Below are positions 49,411 through 61,743 of a stretch of DNA of 64,000 nucleotides, piece by piece; the stretch's first letter is position 1; each line of letters starts with the position of its first letter. The notes beneath the pieces are model-generated. The model searched no databases, was not told the DNA's origin, and saw nothing but the letters and a program-made list of their open reading frames with translations. The stretch is taken from NCBI GenBank assembly GCA_032718475.1, contig JAUCBJ010006239.1, forward strand, positions 37,799 to 101,798. Direction: 5' to 3'. The position numbers and the translations under genes are program-made. This stretch comes from Nemertoderma westbladi. Lineage: Eukaryota > Animalia > Xenacoelomorpha.

Positions 49411-50901
49411 CTTCGTCTTTAGTAGCCGTCAGTCACAGCTCGGCAGGCCTAGTGTTAAGACTGTGACGGGCAGTTACAGTTCAGGCAATTCTCAGATGTT
49501 AAGACTGTGACGGGATCCGAGAGGATCCCGGTTTATCCGGTGTGTTTCGTACGCGTCTCCGCCCCGCCGTGTGAATGGAAAAGGTAATAATTGTTCTAGT
49601 GTCGTTGTCGAACTCTGATAACGTTGAGATAATAAATGATGAGTGATACAGATAGCACAGTAGATAAAGCTAATATACCGGTAATATGGTGACGGTGGCG
49701 ACGACGGTCTTAACAGTCACCGTACTGCCTTACTGTACTGGGATAGCTGACTGAGTAAACTGACTATAATGATTACCGTACAGGTAATATATATTGCACG
49801 GGTTTGGCCGTTACAGTACTTAGTCGATGCTGTCCCCCCATTGGCTAATACCCCTGTTGGCACCCTTTGCCCCCCTCTGAAGTGCTTCCCTTCGCCCTTG
49901 CTGTTCTCTCTTGGTTAGGGGTTTGGCCCCTGACCCCTATTATGTGCTTCCTTCCCACTCTTATTGGGATGGCACGAGTTGGTTAATTACCCAATCTCGT
50001 GGCTCCCAATATTGCTTATCGGCTAATAACTTTATGGGGTGTTGGCGGGATTGAATAAGCTAACAATTAACGAAATTGTGATAAGGGGGGGGGGGTGGTG
50101 GTGGTGCTGCCGGGTAGTGGCCTACGTAGTATTCTTCACGTGGGGAAAACTGCGAAGTGAAATATAACAGCAGAAAGTTTGGTGTACTTTACATGGGCCC
50201 ACTTGCTGGTCTATCTTCTGACGTTAGTTTTTGAATTGGGAAACTACTTGTTTGGGGTATGAATTCGGATATGATTGATGAAAAAATAATGTTACAAACG
50301 TTTAAATAGACTAACGCGAAATGATATATCTCAAATCTATATAAAGTGTCCATATAGGGTAACTTTGTATCAACATTAAATAGCCAGTATTATACAGTAT
50401 GTAGTTCCAGGCACACAGGCATACCGAGATATCAAACTTTATTTGATATGGCCATAGTGGCGAATTTCGACGGAATTGGTCTCAAAGGTCACTGTTTCCA
50501 TACAGTGAAAACACATAAATCAGGGAAATAAGTATTCTTATAGCTGGAAAAATGTCCCTTTTGGTATAGAGTAAAAAGCGATGAGATAACGCTGTTAATT
50601 ATTCATCATTGATCATTAATTATTCATCATCACGTTATTCTAACCAAAATAATAAACTAAAGTCAGTAGAACATGTTACAGTTTTATTTTTTCGAGTAAT
50701 CAGCTGTTTTTTGCCGTGTGAAGAATACCAGGTTTTTACTTTCGGTCGAAATTTTATTGGAGTTTTATATATGAAGAATATAACCTCTACAGATACTAAA
50801 TCGTTTATTGTTTTGGTTAGATTCAGCCCTTCTGTAACCTGCATTTTTAGTGAAAACCTGTATTCTTCACATTGCATTGGGCTTAACTGCAAAGTACAGC
50901 C

Positions 50902-51518
50902 ACTAGGATCGGCATGCTGCATTGCAGCTGCATTTTTAAGAATGCTGTGCCGGCTTATCGACAAAATTGCACCGCCACAACTCCCTTTCACCCATGACAT
51001 TCGCTAGATCATCCGCATCTTCAAGGCCAGTGTCCTTTAAGATGCGTCTCAAGAAAGTCATGGGCTGTCCACCATGCTTATTCACTCCATGAGGCTGCCA
51101 AAGTACAAGATTATGCAATGGTTGGTCCTCACGGCGAAAGCAATGTCCTGCAAAGCGGAGGCGATTTTGTTCTAGTGTCAAGCTTGGGGGAACCAATGAG
51201 ACACCTCCAATGTTATATAGTGTCTGGTTGGAGATGTGTGACACCCGGCGTAGCATTCTTGTGAATGTGCCATCCAGAGATTTAGTGTCCTCAGCTGTTA
51301 GAGCCCAGCTCTATCCCACCCCTGCTCTAAATAATCGGACCTTAAGTTTCCGATTAATTCTCGGTGACTTCCAAATCCTGGAAAGCATATTCAAGGCTGC
51401 CCATGCCTTTCCCTTACGTATTCGAAGGTCCTCACCTGACTTCCGGATCCATGATCCCAGGTAACAGAAGTCGTCCACATGCTCAAGCATACCATCTTTT
51501 GAGCTTATGCTCATCCGA
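50902..51518 (-). mobile_element. 5'-truncated RTE-clade LINE fragment
   Basis: VDDFCYLGSWI, RKGKAWAALNML, RLRFAGHCFRREDQP. Same family as 54681-55910. Confidence 0.9.
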
Positions 51519-53752
51519 AGAACATGCAAAGTACACCAAAGTACCTGGAGTGGGATTAATTTTGATTGCATCGTAAGTCCCCCTAGCTAGCCGTCATGGT
51601 TAGAAACGCTATGACAAAATTTCAATTCCTTAGACTAAATTATATATCACAAACCTACATAAAGTGTCCATATAGGGTAATTTATTAATCAACACTAAAT
51701 GGCCAGTGTACAGTAGTTCCAGGCATACTGAGAAACCAAATTTACATTGATCTGGCGAATTTCCACATGATATTGACTACGCATTTATGGCTTTTAACAA
51801 TGAACTAAACAAATTAAATAACCTCCCATCATTTTCAATATTTCATCTAAATTGTCGAAGAGAATTCGATATGTCGAATTAGATAATACCATTTTCTATG
51901 TTCAAAAATAACTTTGTCAAAATTGAATGTAATTCAACGAGATTTTTCATGCTTGCTAAACAGATAACTAGTAAAACAACGTTTTAGCAATTTTATATAT
52001 ATCTGTACCGTGAGAGCATTTTTTATGAAAAGGGCCCCGTACAATTGTAAAATATAGTGCTGCTCGGAGGCTTTACAAAAATCAGACTAGCTCTTACGTT
52101 TTGGGTAATAACTTGAGTTTGAAAAAAGATATGAGAAAACTGCTTGCAGATTTGCAATCTCCATTAAATTTGGTTTAAACATAAAAAAACTTCCAATGTC
52201 CAAAAACTTCCTTGTCAATTTCCAAAATAGGGGGGTGCTACTATTTTTGAGAAACCACCTGTGTTGATACAATTTTTAGCACTGAATTCATGAAGTACGA
52301 TAAATTTTGACCTAAAATAAGTATAAATTCAAAGCTACATCTTATTTTTCGAAATTTGTGGTTACGTTGACCTTTTCATGGAATGAGCCAGCAACTGGAT
52401 GTTCTACACACACATCCTTCCCATCCTATGTACCAGCACCGAGCCAACTTGGATGTTAACCAATAAATGAGCAGTATTTAATGAGAATTAATTTTTTATG
52501 CCGTTTTAATACTTTAGATCAATTAAAGACACAATTATTAAAGCAAATCACTTGAACTAATTAAAAACTATAATGGAATGGGGTATAGGGATTACATCTG
52601 TATACTTTTTAAGTATAATTATTTAAATCTTATACTGTAAAATAATTAATTTCCTTTAAAAGGCAGGTTCAAAATGCTGTTTTTACCGTAATCAATTTAA
52701 TTAACTAATTAAATGCTATTATCTTAGCTTCTCGAAGGCCACACGGAAATTCAACTTGGAAAATTTCTAAACTTTTGCCAAACAACATGTGTACCAAGTT
52801 TGGATAGATTGGCCGAGTTGTTAACGTTTAAAATTGAACACTGCAAAAAAAGCGACAGATCAACAGAACGACAGGTTGATTAATGGCAACCCTACGCTAA
52901 GGCTCACTCACTTCGTGGCTCGCCCCACAGATCTACAGAACAACAGATCAACAGACACACCGATTGAGTTAGTGGTACATGTATGCTAAGCTCGCTTACT
53001 TTCGTCGCTCGCCCCACAACTACACTGCGGGCTGCTAAAAATCCTACTACACTAATCAATTCCAAATAAACTATAATAACATTAAAAAAACAACATCGAA
53101 ACGTACCATGGCATTATTTAGTTGTTCGTTAATATTGCTTTTCTTGAATAAACAACATTAAAAAAACCTGGTTAATCAGGCATAAAACTTTACACAACAT
53201 ATCATTACTTAGAGCTGAAATTATAAAATGAATATTTAAAAAAATACAAATTTTTATAATTTTGCTGCACCCAGTTTTGGTGCCCTCACGAAAAGTACAT
53301 GTTGAAATACTTACTTATATCAACTCAATTTCATAACCATTGAATTCGCCACCACAATTATAAACGTAAGACTTGAACATCGGGTACATATTTTCACATT
53401 ATCCCTAATTAAATGTTTGCTTTGCACAAAACCACTATTTGACATATTTGAGTCACTTCCAAAAAAAATCGAATTTTTTTCGAGAATGTCTTAAAATATA
53501 CCACTAGATATATTGTTTCCAAATTTCAGTGAAATTCATTAAAAAATTGCCAAGAAATCATGTCTGAAACGAATCCCCCCCCCCCCCCCCCCCAGCCTGT
53601 TGGAAGATCTAAGAGGCCCAGGGTAGATAGGGTTAATGAAATTTATTACTGAATAGATTTCTATAGGTTAATATGTAGATCAACATAATTTAATACTATT
53701 AATTAACCGAATACATTTATTAATTAAAGACGCTTGCAACGATCAGAAAACA

Positions 53753-54168
53753 ATGTATTTAATATTATTACTTATTCCTCTTTGCTATGCTGCTACGGAC
53801 CAATGCGATCAACATAAGATGTACAAGAACTTAAAGTCATATGTGCCGTTCTCAAAAGGAAGCTACTATCGAGATATTCTGTCTATGGTAACACCTCTAA
53901 ACAGCAGAGAATATGTCCTTGAAGACTTCGTAGAGGCTGACTCAAATATGTATTTGAAAGGTTTGGTTCTAGATTGTTCAGAAAATCTGGAGTTTGTTAA
54001 AAAAGAGGAAGGCGACTTTTTGCCAGACGTTACTAAGTTGACAAACAATTGTTACCCTAAGATGAATCACTCGCATGGATTGGAATGCGAACCGGTTGGA
54101 GCAGTGGAGTTCACCCCAAAAACGAAAAACAACTTTCTTCTAAGCCAACGAGATGATAACGATCAAAA
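53753..54168 (+). CDS. Exon 1 of a secreted host protein (signal peptide MYLILLLIPLCYA)
   Basis: ATG plus hydrophobic leader. Donor AA|GTTAGT at 54169 (phase 2) matches the acceptor at 56679. Confidence 0.75.
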
Positions 54169-54680
54169 GTTAGTAACAACAATATTAACAAATATATGTA
54201 CAACATTTGAGTGCATAAGGGCTGTATTTCAATATAGGCATGTTTATTGTAGGGGAAGTTAAATTTTTACATTTTGCGGCGAGTAAAATCTGCAAGCCAT
54301 GAGTGTAGAGGCCTACGGTTATAATTAAGTTTGATTATGGATTAGTGGGAGCAAAAGTAATGGTAACTCCCAACCACCCCTACCTTCGGGTAGCAGCTAT
54401 CGAAAATGTAGCCTTCGGTCACTTCTGGCTTTAGTCAAATACAAAGATAGTTACGGGCCAAGTTCACCAGGGTAAACATAATCGAGTTAGGGTTGGGGGG
54501 AAACGAGAGGTCAGATCTTTAGGGTGATCAAAAAGCTTTTAATGATAGTGCCAATATTTCGGCCACAACATGTAATAACGATTTCTGTATTTACATACAG
54601 TACTTGTGTGTAAAGTAGCACTTTAGAGTGTGATGAGGTGGTGATCCGAGTGGCTTTGTTACACGAATGAATATTAGTGA

Positions 54681-55910
54681 ATGAGTGAAATACCTGAGTG
54701 TTTAAAGCTCATCTATCCCATCATAGTAGACATGTACCGAACAACAAGAGTCCCACAAGAAATTGAAACAAATAAGTTTGTGCCAGTTCCCAAGAAGGGC
54801 AACCTAATACTCTATGGTTCTTTTCGGGGAATCTCATTGATCTCGATTGCTGCAAAGCTATACAATAGAATTCTATTAAATCGCATCAGGGATCCCATTG
54901 AGAGACTGCTCCGTGGAAATCAGAATGGGTTCCTTAAAGGTCGTGGGACCATGGAGCCCTTTTTGGCCCTTAGAAGGATTAATTGAAGAGTTATCAAAAA
55001 AGAAAGACAGGCATCTGGCTGTTATCTTTGTTGACTTCTTCAAGGCCTTTGATTCAGTCTCTCGCTCACGTATGTTCAGCATACTTTCATTATATGGAAT
55101 TCCTGATGAAATTATTGTAGCAATCAGATCAGTATACGATGGTTCGACAACATTTGTGTCTACTGTTGACGGTGACACAGAACCACTTGGAGTGTTATGG
55201 GGCGTCCTCCAGGGAGACACACTTGCACCATTCTTGTTCATAATTGTGGTTGACTATGTTCTACGCATGTCCTTAGATCATCATAATGATGATGGGGTGA
55301 TGATAACTCCACCTACTGGCTCCAGAAGTCGAGGAAATCCTGCCAAGTACCTAACTGATCTAGACTTTGCTGATGACTTAGGAGTACTCTCAGAATCACT
55401 AGAGGGAGCCCAACGGCTCCTCAGCTCATTAGAACATGCTGCTTCTAGTGTTGGTCTTTTTATTAACTCCAGAAAGACCACAATTTTGACAGTTAACTTT
55501 GAAAGTCCTCAGCAAGTCTCTGATCGGATGAGCATAAGCTCAAAAGATAGTATGCTTGAGCATGTGGACGACTTGTGACGACTTGTGACGACTGTGGACG
55601 AGAGGTGTCTCATTGGTTCCCCCAAGCTTGACACTAGAACAAAATCGCCTCCGCTATGCAGGACATTGCTTTCGCCGTGAGGACCAACCAGTGCATAATC
55701 TTGTACTTTGGCAGCCTCATTGAGTGAATAAGCATGGTGGACAGCCCATGACTTTCTTGAGACGCATCTTAAAGGACACTGGCCTTGAAGATGCGGATGA
55801 TCTTGCAAATGTCATGGGTGATAGGGATTTGTGGCGGTGCAATTTTGTCGATAAGCATTCTTAAAAATGCAGCTGCAATGCAGCATGCCGATCCTAGTTG
55901 TAGTAGTAGT
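54681..55910 (+). mobile_element. RTE-clade LINE fragment (RT domain, frameshifted, internally deleted) in the host intron
   Basis: PVPKKGNL, FRGISL, VDFFKAFDSV, GVLQGDTLAPFLF, DLDFADD; 3' (TAG)n tail at ~55895-55910. Confidence 0.93.
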
Positions 55911-56029
55911 GTTATATTTTGTACGGGCTGTCAGAAATCATAAGACACGTAAATTAACAGGTTAAACTGTTAAAGATCTAAAATCGCAAACAACAAACAT
56001 GCCCGTTCGATTAGTCTTTCATTTGGCGC

Positions 56030-56215
56030 TTAATTTCGCTGCTTAAAGTTTGTGCCGTGAGATTTCGCATCTAAAATTGGCGGCATTAAGCTTCTGCCCG
56101 TGAAATTTCGCGGCCGAAATTAGCGGCATAAATTTTCTGTGTGAAATTGCGCGGCATAAATTTGCCGATTAATTTTTTTGCCACGAAATTTCGTGGTTTA
56201 AATTTACGGCATAAC
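56030..56215. repeat. Cluster of short AAATTTCGCGGC-like motifs, probably DNA-transposon subterminal repeats
   Basis: About ten degenerate copies in both orientations. Confidence 0.5.
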
Positions 56216-56679
56216 TTTGTGACAATGTTTAGATTTCTTAAAAACACATTGCCAATTACTTGAACTAAATTAAAAAGTATAAAAATATATTGGAATGGGA
56301 AGTCGAAGAGAAAATTCCAGCTGTATGTTTTTTATGTACAATTAATTTACATTTACAATAGAAAATACTTAGTTTCCATTAAAGGTCACGCTAAAATGGG
56401 TTTTTTTTATAGCAATTACTGCTTATCTTACATTCTTGAAGGCCACACGCAAATTCAACTTGGGAAATTAATATTGCCAAACAACATGTGTACCATGTTT
56501 GGTTAAATTTCATTAAGATTTGGCCGAGTTATTAACGTTCAAACATTTTAATATATAGATCTACAGACTTACAGGTTTACAAAGTGGTACCCCTAATCTA
56601 AGGCTCACCTTATTCCATGACTCGCCCCTTAAAAATTGGAAAATATTTATTGCTATTAAGTTTTTTTATATATTTTCAG

Positions 56680-57239
56680 GAAATTCCAGGACACCTCATT
56701 TCAGAGTGCGACATACACTCTGAACTTGTATATTCCGAAAGTTCCAGCAGATGACCCATATTCCTTCGAGTTTGGTACGGAGCGATTGAAACTGCGATTC
56801 GAACACAATAAAATACGCCTGATTCTTAAAGAGTTTGAGAAGGATAATACTAAACCAGCCTATGATTATGAAACTTCCGTTCTTCAAATTCCCTTCCCTT
56901 CTACGAATTTCAGAGTCGAGGAATGGAACTATATTGCTTTCAAGGTAGAGAAGATTATAAGCAATGGTAACCCGTTTAGCATTTTCTATCCAGTTGATGG
57001 AAATTGGCATGAATTTGACATGAACGATTCGTGGGAAAAGGCCAATTTCAATGATGGGGAATCTCCAAACTCCGAATTTATGTTATTTGGGGTAACCAAC
57101 TACACAAAGGATGTTGGGGATTTGGATGAGAGTTTTGACAAATTCATGGTTAGCTGCTTCAAATACTACGAATGCGCTCTGAGTGAAAAAGCGGTTATAA
57201 AGTCCAGAGATGATTGTGAGACATATAACAATGCCATGG
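56680..57239 (+). CDS. Exon 2 of the secreted host protein; laminin-G/concanavalin-A-like beta-sandwich
   Basis: Acceptor TTTTCAG|G and donor G|GTGAGT at 57240, open frame. EEWNYIAFKV...DG...FMLFG...CFKYYECALSEKAV resembles LamG/pentraxin signatures. Downstream exons not found. Confidence 0.75.
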
Positions 57240-58398
57240 GTGAGTATACAGTCGTTGTTGTAATTAATTACTTTATAATTGTAATTAATTAATTCTTTTT
57301 ATGTTTGGTTTGATAATTATGAACAGATAACGTTTTATGTGGTCCCTGAACACGATGAAACTAGTTTTAAATATTTCTGGTCAATTCTAAACCAATTTTT
57401 TTGCCAATCTGGTGCCCCAGAATGAAAATTACATGTAGCACAAATTATAAACAACTGTTAAATTTTGCTTTTGGTTTGGAAATTCTGAAGCTATTCTTAG
57501 CGCATTTGATCAAAAACGTAATTTCACTAATATTTGTCCCCTATTTGTAACTGAATCTCAACTTGTAATTGTAGCGGATTAAATCCCGGATGATACATTC
57601 ACCAGCTAAGTGCGTTAGTGTACCCTCGGAGCTGAAGGGCTGGAGAAGTATCTTTTTGGTAGAACACACTGTATTTCTGATTCACTTCTTTATTGTGACG
57701 GCAATTGATCATTAATAATTTAACTTATTAGTACAAACAGTTCCGCTGAAAGTGTATGGTGGCACAGTTAATTAAGGTAATGACTGACTAATTATGGACG
57801 CAGATCTCAAGACTGGGCGATGGGTCTCGCTTTAGAGGAGACGTACTATCTACCAAATTCAAGTACATCAATGCTCAATCATGATACTGTTAATAATAAA
57901 TTATCTGTTTGAAATATAGATCGCATATGTCGCCGTGTCGTAATTATTTGATGGTTTAGGATGTAAGCCGGCACACACGGATCTATACACGATTGTCTAG
58001 AGATTCTCGATAATGATAAAATACAGGGACCCACCTAGCTTTACTCGTCTCAAAAAACGTCAGCTTGGTTCCCATACCATAAGGCGATATATTCTTCCAA
58101 ATGTAACAAACAATATCAACACAATAACACTATTTAAATGCAATTGAATAATAAATTATGATAGACTTGAATTCGATATTTACTTGGATCCAGTTGAATA
58201 TCCCAGTCAATATGATTGCACCGGGATCTTTCACCATGTCCATGACCATGTCATTGTAATGCCTGTCGGAATAAAGTTTGTTTTAGAAGAACTTTAGATA
58301 TATTTGTAGTAGAGGGAATTTGATCTGCGTTCGAATCAACTGCAATCGCTATGGTGTGTCATCATCAAACTGTCCCGAAAGTCTGGTAAAATTTTTTC

Positions 58399-58975
58399 TG
58401 TAAGCGGATTCAATTCCGCTGCATTACCCTCATAAAATGAGATAGTGGCATTTTCAGCAATATGTTGGAGATACGAGATTAACAATTATTAATCTCATAT
58501 CACGTCGGGGGACAGTACAAACCCCGAAGCCACATACAAAGGGAGGTTAGAGGTCAAACCACCTCGGAGGGGAGACAGCTAGCAGGGGCTAGCAACAGGG
58601 GGGAAACACTCCCAGAGAGTGGAAAGGCGTGAAATAGGTTATTAGCCAATAGGGGAGAAGGAGAGCATCCACTAGGTAGCAGCCCAAGGTACTGTAGGTG
58701 TGAAGTAATCATATATTATCTCCTACATACCGGTAAATCAGTTCAGTTACCCAGTTGCCAGTTTCAGTGCAGACCGGCATTTTTGTCTTACCGTCATCAC
58801 AGTGCTGTCATATGCTGTTATTCAGATTGCTATTACCGGTTTATCATTCATACTATGCTATCATTACGAATTATTATATATCGGAACAAAGGAATATCAA
58901 ATTCAAATATTTTCCCATCAGCCTGCTGTGACGCGTACAAGCATAATCCGGTCGGGATCCCTTGATCCCGTCACA
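58399..58975 (+). mobile_element. Solo LTR (577 bp) of the same lineage as the 5656 and 42554 elements
   Basis: Starts TGTAAGCGGATTCAATTCC (compare TGTTAGCGGATCCAATCC), ends GATCCCGTCACA, 5-bp TSD TTTTC on both sides. Confidence 0.9.
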
Positions 58976-59356
58976 TTTTCTGCATTTGCTTTGCTTTGTA
59001 AATAAGTCTAGGTAGCTAGATCTCTATAAATCAAATGTTGTTTGTGTTTGATTATTATTTGTAGTGCAATAATTCTAGAATATCGTTTATTTGAAAAAGA
59101 TAGAGAGAGCTATCGAAAGCTAATAATAAAAAATAAATTTTTAGTGATTGATCATATAAGTTGTCACCTTTTGAATTCTTAAAAAATTATTATACAAAAA
59201 CAAATTGATCTCACACCCTAGTCATATTCCTTAACTTTCTTAACTTAATTTAAATTTATATATATATATCAATATATATATCATATATATATATATACAT
59301 ATAACATGTCCATCCAAAGCCATTTCAGTATATTTACGTTTGGCTCTTAAATGGAT

Positions 59357-59945
59357 AATGTTTCGGTAATTTGGCAATTCCGTCAATAGGTTAATAATTT
59401 ACTTTTATTTTATGTACAGTACAGTAATTTAGTAGCAGTGAATAGTTACCATTTGATTTGGATTTGCTTTGGTTTAATGTGAATTTAATTAGATAATGTT
59501 TCGGTAATTTGGCAATTCCGTCAATAGGTTAATAATTTACTTTTATGTTAATAATTTACTTTTATGTTGTTATGGTTTACTAGCAGTTTATACTGTACCA
59601 TTATTTCTTGTGTTTTGGCATTATGTAATTTAGTAACAGTGAATAGTAACTATTTGATTCTGGATTTGCTTTGGTTAATGTTTCGGTAATTTGGCAATTC
59701 CGTCAATAGGTTAATAATTTACTTTTATTTTATGTACAGTACAGTAATTTAGTAGCAGTGAATAGTTACCATTTGATTTGGATTTGCTTTGGTTTAATGT
59801 GAATTTAATTAGATAATGTTTCGGTAATTTGGCAATTCCGTCAATAGGTTAATAATTTACTTTTATGTTAATAATTTACTTTTATGTTGTTATGGTTTAC
59901 TAGCAGTTTATACTGTACCATTATTTCTTGTGTTTTGGCATTATG
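59357..59945. repeat. Nested tandem duplication (320-bp period containing a 138-bp sub-period)
   Basis: AATGTTTCGGTAATTTGGCAATTCCGTCAATAGGTTAATAATTTACTTTTA at 59357, 59495, 59677 and 59815. Confidence 0.9.
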
Positions 59946-60769
59946 GTAGCGTGGTTTATACTGTATGGGCATTTGTACTGTATCGTCGTCTCTGTGTTGG
60001 GTGTAGGCTTACTGTAGTTTGGTATGGGCTTTTGTACTGTATCGTCGCCACTGTGTTGTGTGTAGACTTACTGTAGTTCGGTAGTCTGGCAGTACCGTAA
60101 CATTACTGCATTACTGGGGCTCGGGAGTCAGGCGTTACTGACCGGTTTAGTGTATCCTTTCTGCAGTTTGGTACTGCAGTGCTCCAGTACACAGGGATGT
60201 ACTTGGTTTGTAATAGACTTACATTACAGTCCTATCTGTCAGTCTGTAGGTGGGTGGAGTTGCTCGGTTTCATATAATTTAAATTAGTTGTTTAGTGCAG
60301 TTAGCTAGGTAGTACATTAGTTATATTTGAGAAAGTTTAGTAGTTTTTTTAGTTCAGTAGTCTATAGTTTAGTAGTGCTTTAGTTTATTTGATAAAGATT
60401 ATGTAATATAATCGAAAATTTATAAACTTTTTAGCGTTTTACCATTTGGGAGTTAGTTCCGGCAGCGGCAGAACAATTAAGTAAATATATATCTTTCCTT
60501 TCTGCGGTTTGGAGAAGTACTACTTGTTATATATATATATATTATATATATATTTTACTATTATTGTGCTATATTGTATTTATAATATATTTATTTACTG
60601 TAAGAGAATTATCTATTGTTCTTACCGGTACATTTACTGGTCTCACTATTCTTCACACGGCCAAGAAGTAATTAATTTGTGATATAATATTGTGTATTTA
60701 TATGTGATGACAATAAACATCAATCAATCAATCAATCACCCCCTACTGGAGAGAGAGCGTTGGATTAAC

Positions 60770-60823
60770 ATGTGTCCTGCACGGGTTAGTGTAGCTGATG
60801 AGCCAAATCCCGGCGAAACACAT
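60770..60823 (+). ncRNA. Type III hammerhead ribozyme, copy 1 (predicted cleavage after GUC, C60776)
   Basis: ATGTGT-C / stem I CTGCAC-gggtta-GTGTAG / CTGATGA / stem II GCC-aaatccc-GGC / GAA / ACACAT. All core nucleotides are canonical. Confidence 0.93.
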
Positions 60824-61229
60824 ATGCAAAAATGTAACCAATGTGATAATTTTACTTACAGTATTTAAACAGGGTTGCGCTTTGTGTCCCTGCTTAAATA
60901 AAACGATGACTACTTACGGTTGAACAGATAGGAACATGTTGTTTCTCTGTTTCCAAATAATTTTACTTGCTTGATATTGGTCTGTCAAAAACATAATTCG
61001 TTCAACTCAAAATTATATTTAAGAGACCGGATCATGCTGAACATGGTTGTATAAAATGCCTTCCTATTATTTTATTTTTATTATAATTAGCAACCATGCA
61101 CTAGACAAATTATCTCATATAGTGTTGCTAAGGAAATGATTGCTTATTTGATCTGGAATGCAATACTATTTTGTTTATTATGTATGTGTGTGTGTTTAGC
61201 TGGGTTTTGGTGTAGTTAGTTGGATTAAC

Positions 61230-61283
61230 ATGTGTCCTGCACGGGTTAGTGTAGCTGATGAGCCAAATCCCGGCGAAACACAT
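61230..61283 (+). ncRNA. Type III hammerhead ribozyme, copy 2
   Basis: Identical to copy 1. Confidence 0.93.
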
Positions 61284-61689
61284 ATGCAAAAATGTAACCA
61301 ATGTGATAATTTTACTTACAGTATTTAAACAGGGTTGCGCTTTGTGTCCCTGCTTAAATAAAACGATGACTACTTACGGTTGAACAGATAGGAACATGTT
61401 GTTTCTCTGTTTCCAAATAATTTTACTTGCTTGATATTGGTCTGTCAAAAACATAATTCGTTCAACTCAAAATTATATTTAAGAGACCGGATCATGCTGA
61501 ACATGGTTGTATAAAATGCCTTCCTATTATTTTATTTTTATTATAATTAGCAACCATGCACTAGACAAATTATCTCATATAGTGTTGCTAAGGAAATGAT
61601 TGCTTATTTGATCTGGAATGCAATACTATTTTGTTTATTATGTATGTGTGTGTGTTTAGCTGGGTTTTGGTGTAGTTAGTTGGATTAAC

Positions 61690-61743
61690 ATGTGTCCTGC
61701 ACGGGTTAGTGTAGCTGATGAGCCAAATCCCGGCGAAACACAT
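61690..61743 (+). ncRNA. Type III hammerhead ribozyme, copy 3
   Basis: Identical to copy 1. Confidence 0.93.

Larger units (their letters stand above)
42554..50065 (-). mobile_element. Non-autonomous BEL/Pao-derived LTR element (7.5 kb) encoding only Gag + protease
   Basis: 560-bp LTRs at 42554-43113 and 49506-50065 (three substitutions seen), 5-bp TSD ATTAA, PPT GGGGGGGAG at 43114-43122 (minus). No RT/RH/IN motifs. Confidence 0.96.

Noticed and set aside
44636-49510. Many plus-strand ORFs over the Gag-PR gene
   Set aside because: Antisense shadows of a GC-rich, purine-biased coding strand.
19635-50880. Inverted repeat copies at 19635-19905 and 50130-50880 as TIRs of one giant element enclosing the YR gene
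   Set aside because: Copies are diverged, fragmented and lack defined ends or a TSD. More simply a common dispersed repeat, though not formally excluded.
205-55380. Other CTGATGA occurrences (e.g. ~205, 28864, 29590, 33211, 35191, 55103) as hammerheads
   Set aside because: No flanking stems with correctly placed GAAA and NUH.
60690-60737. AATAAA + (CAAT)n as part of the ribozyme array
   Set aside because: Not present in the 460-bp unit. It looks like the 3' tail of a separate LINE/SINE.
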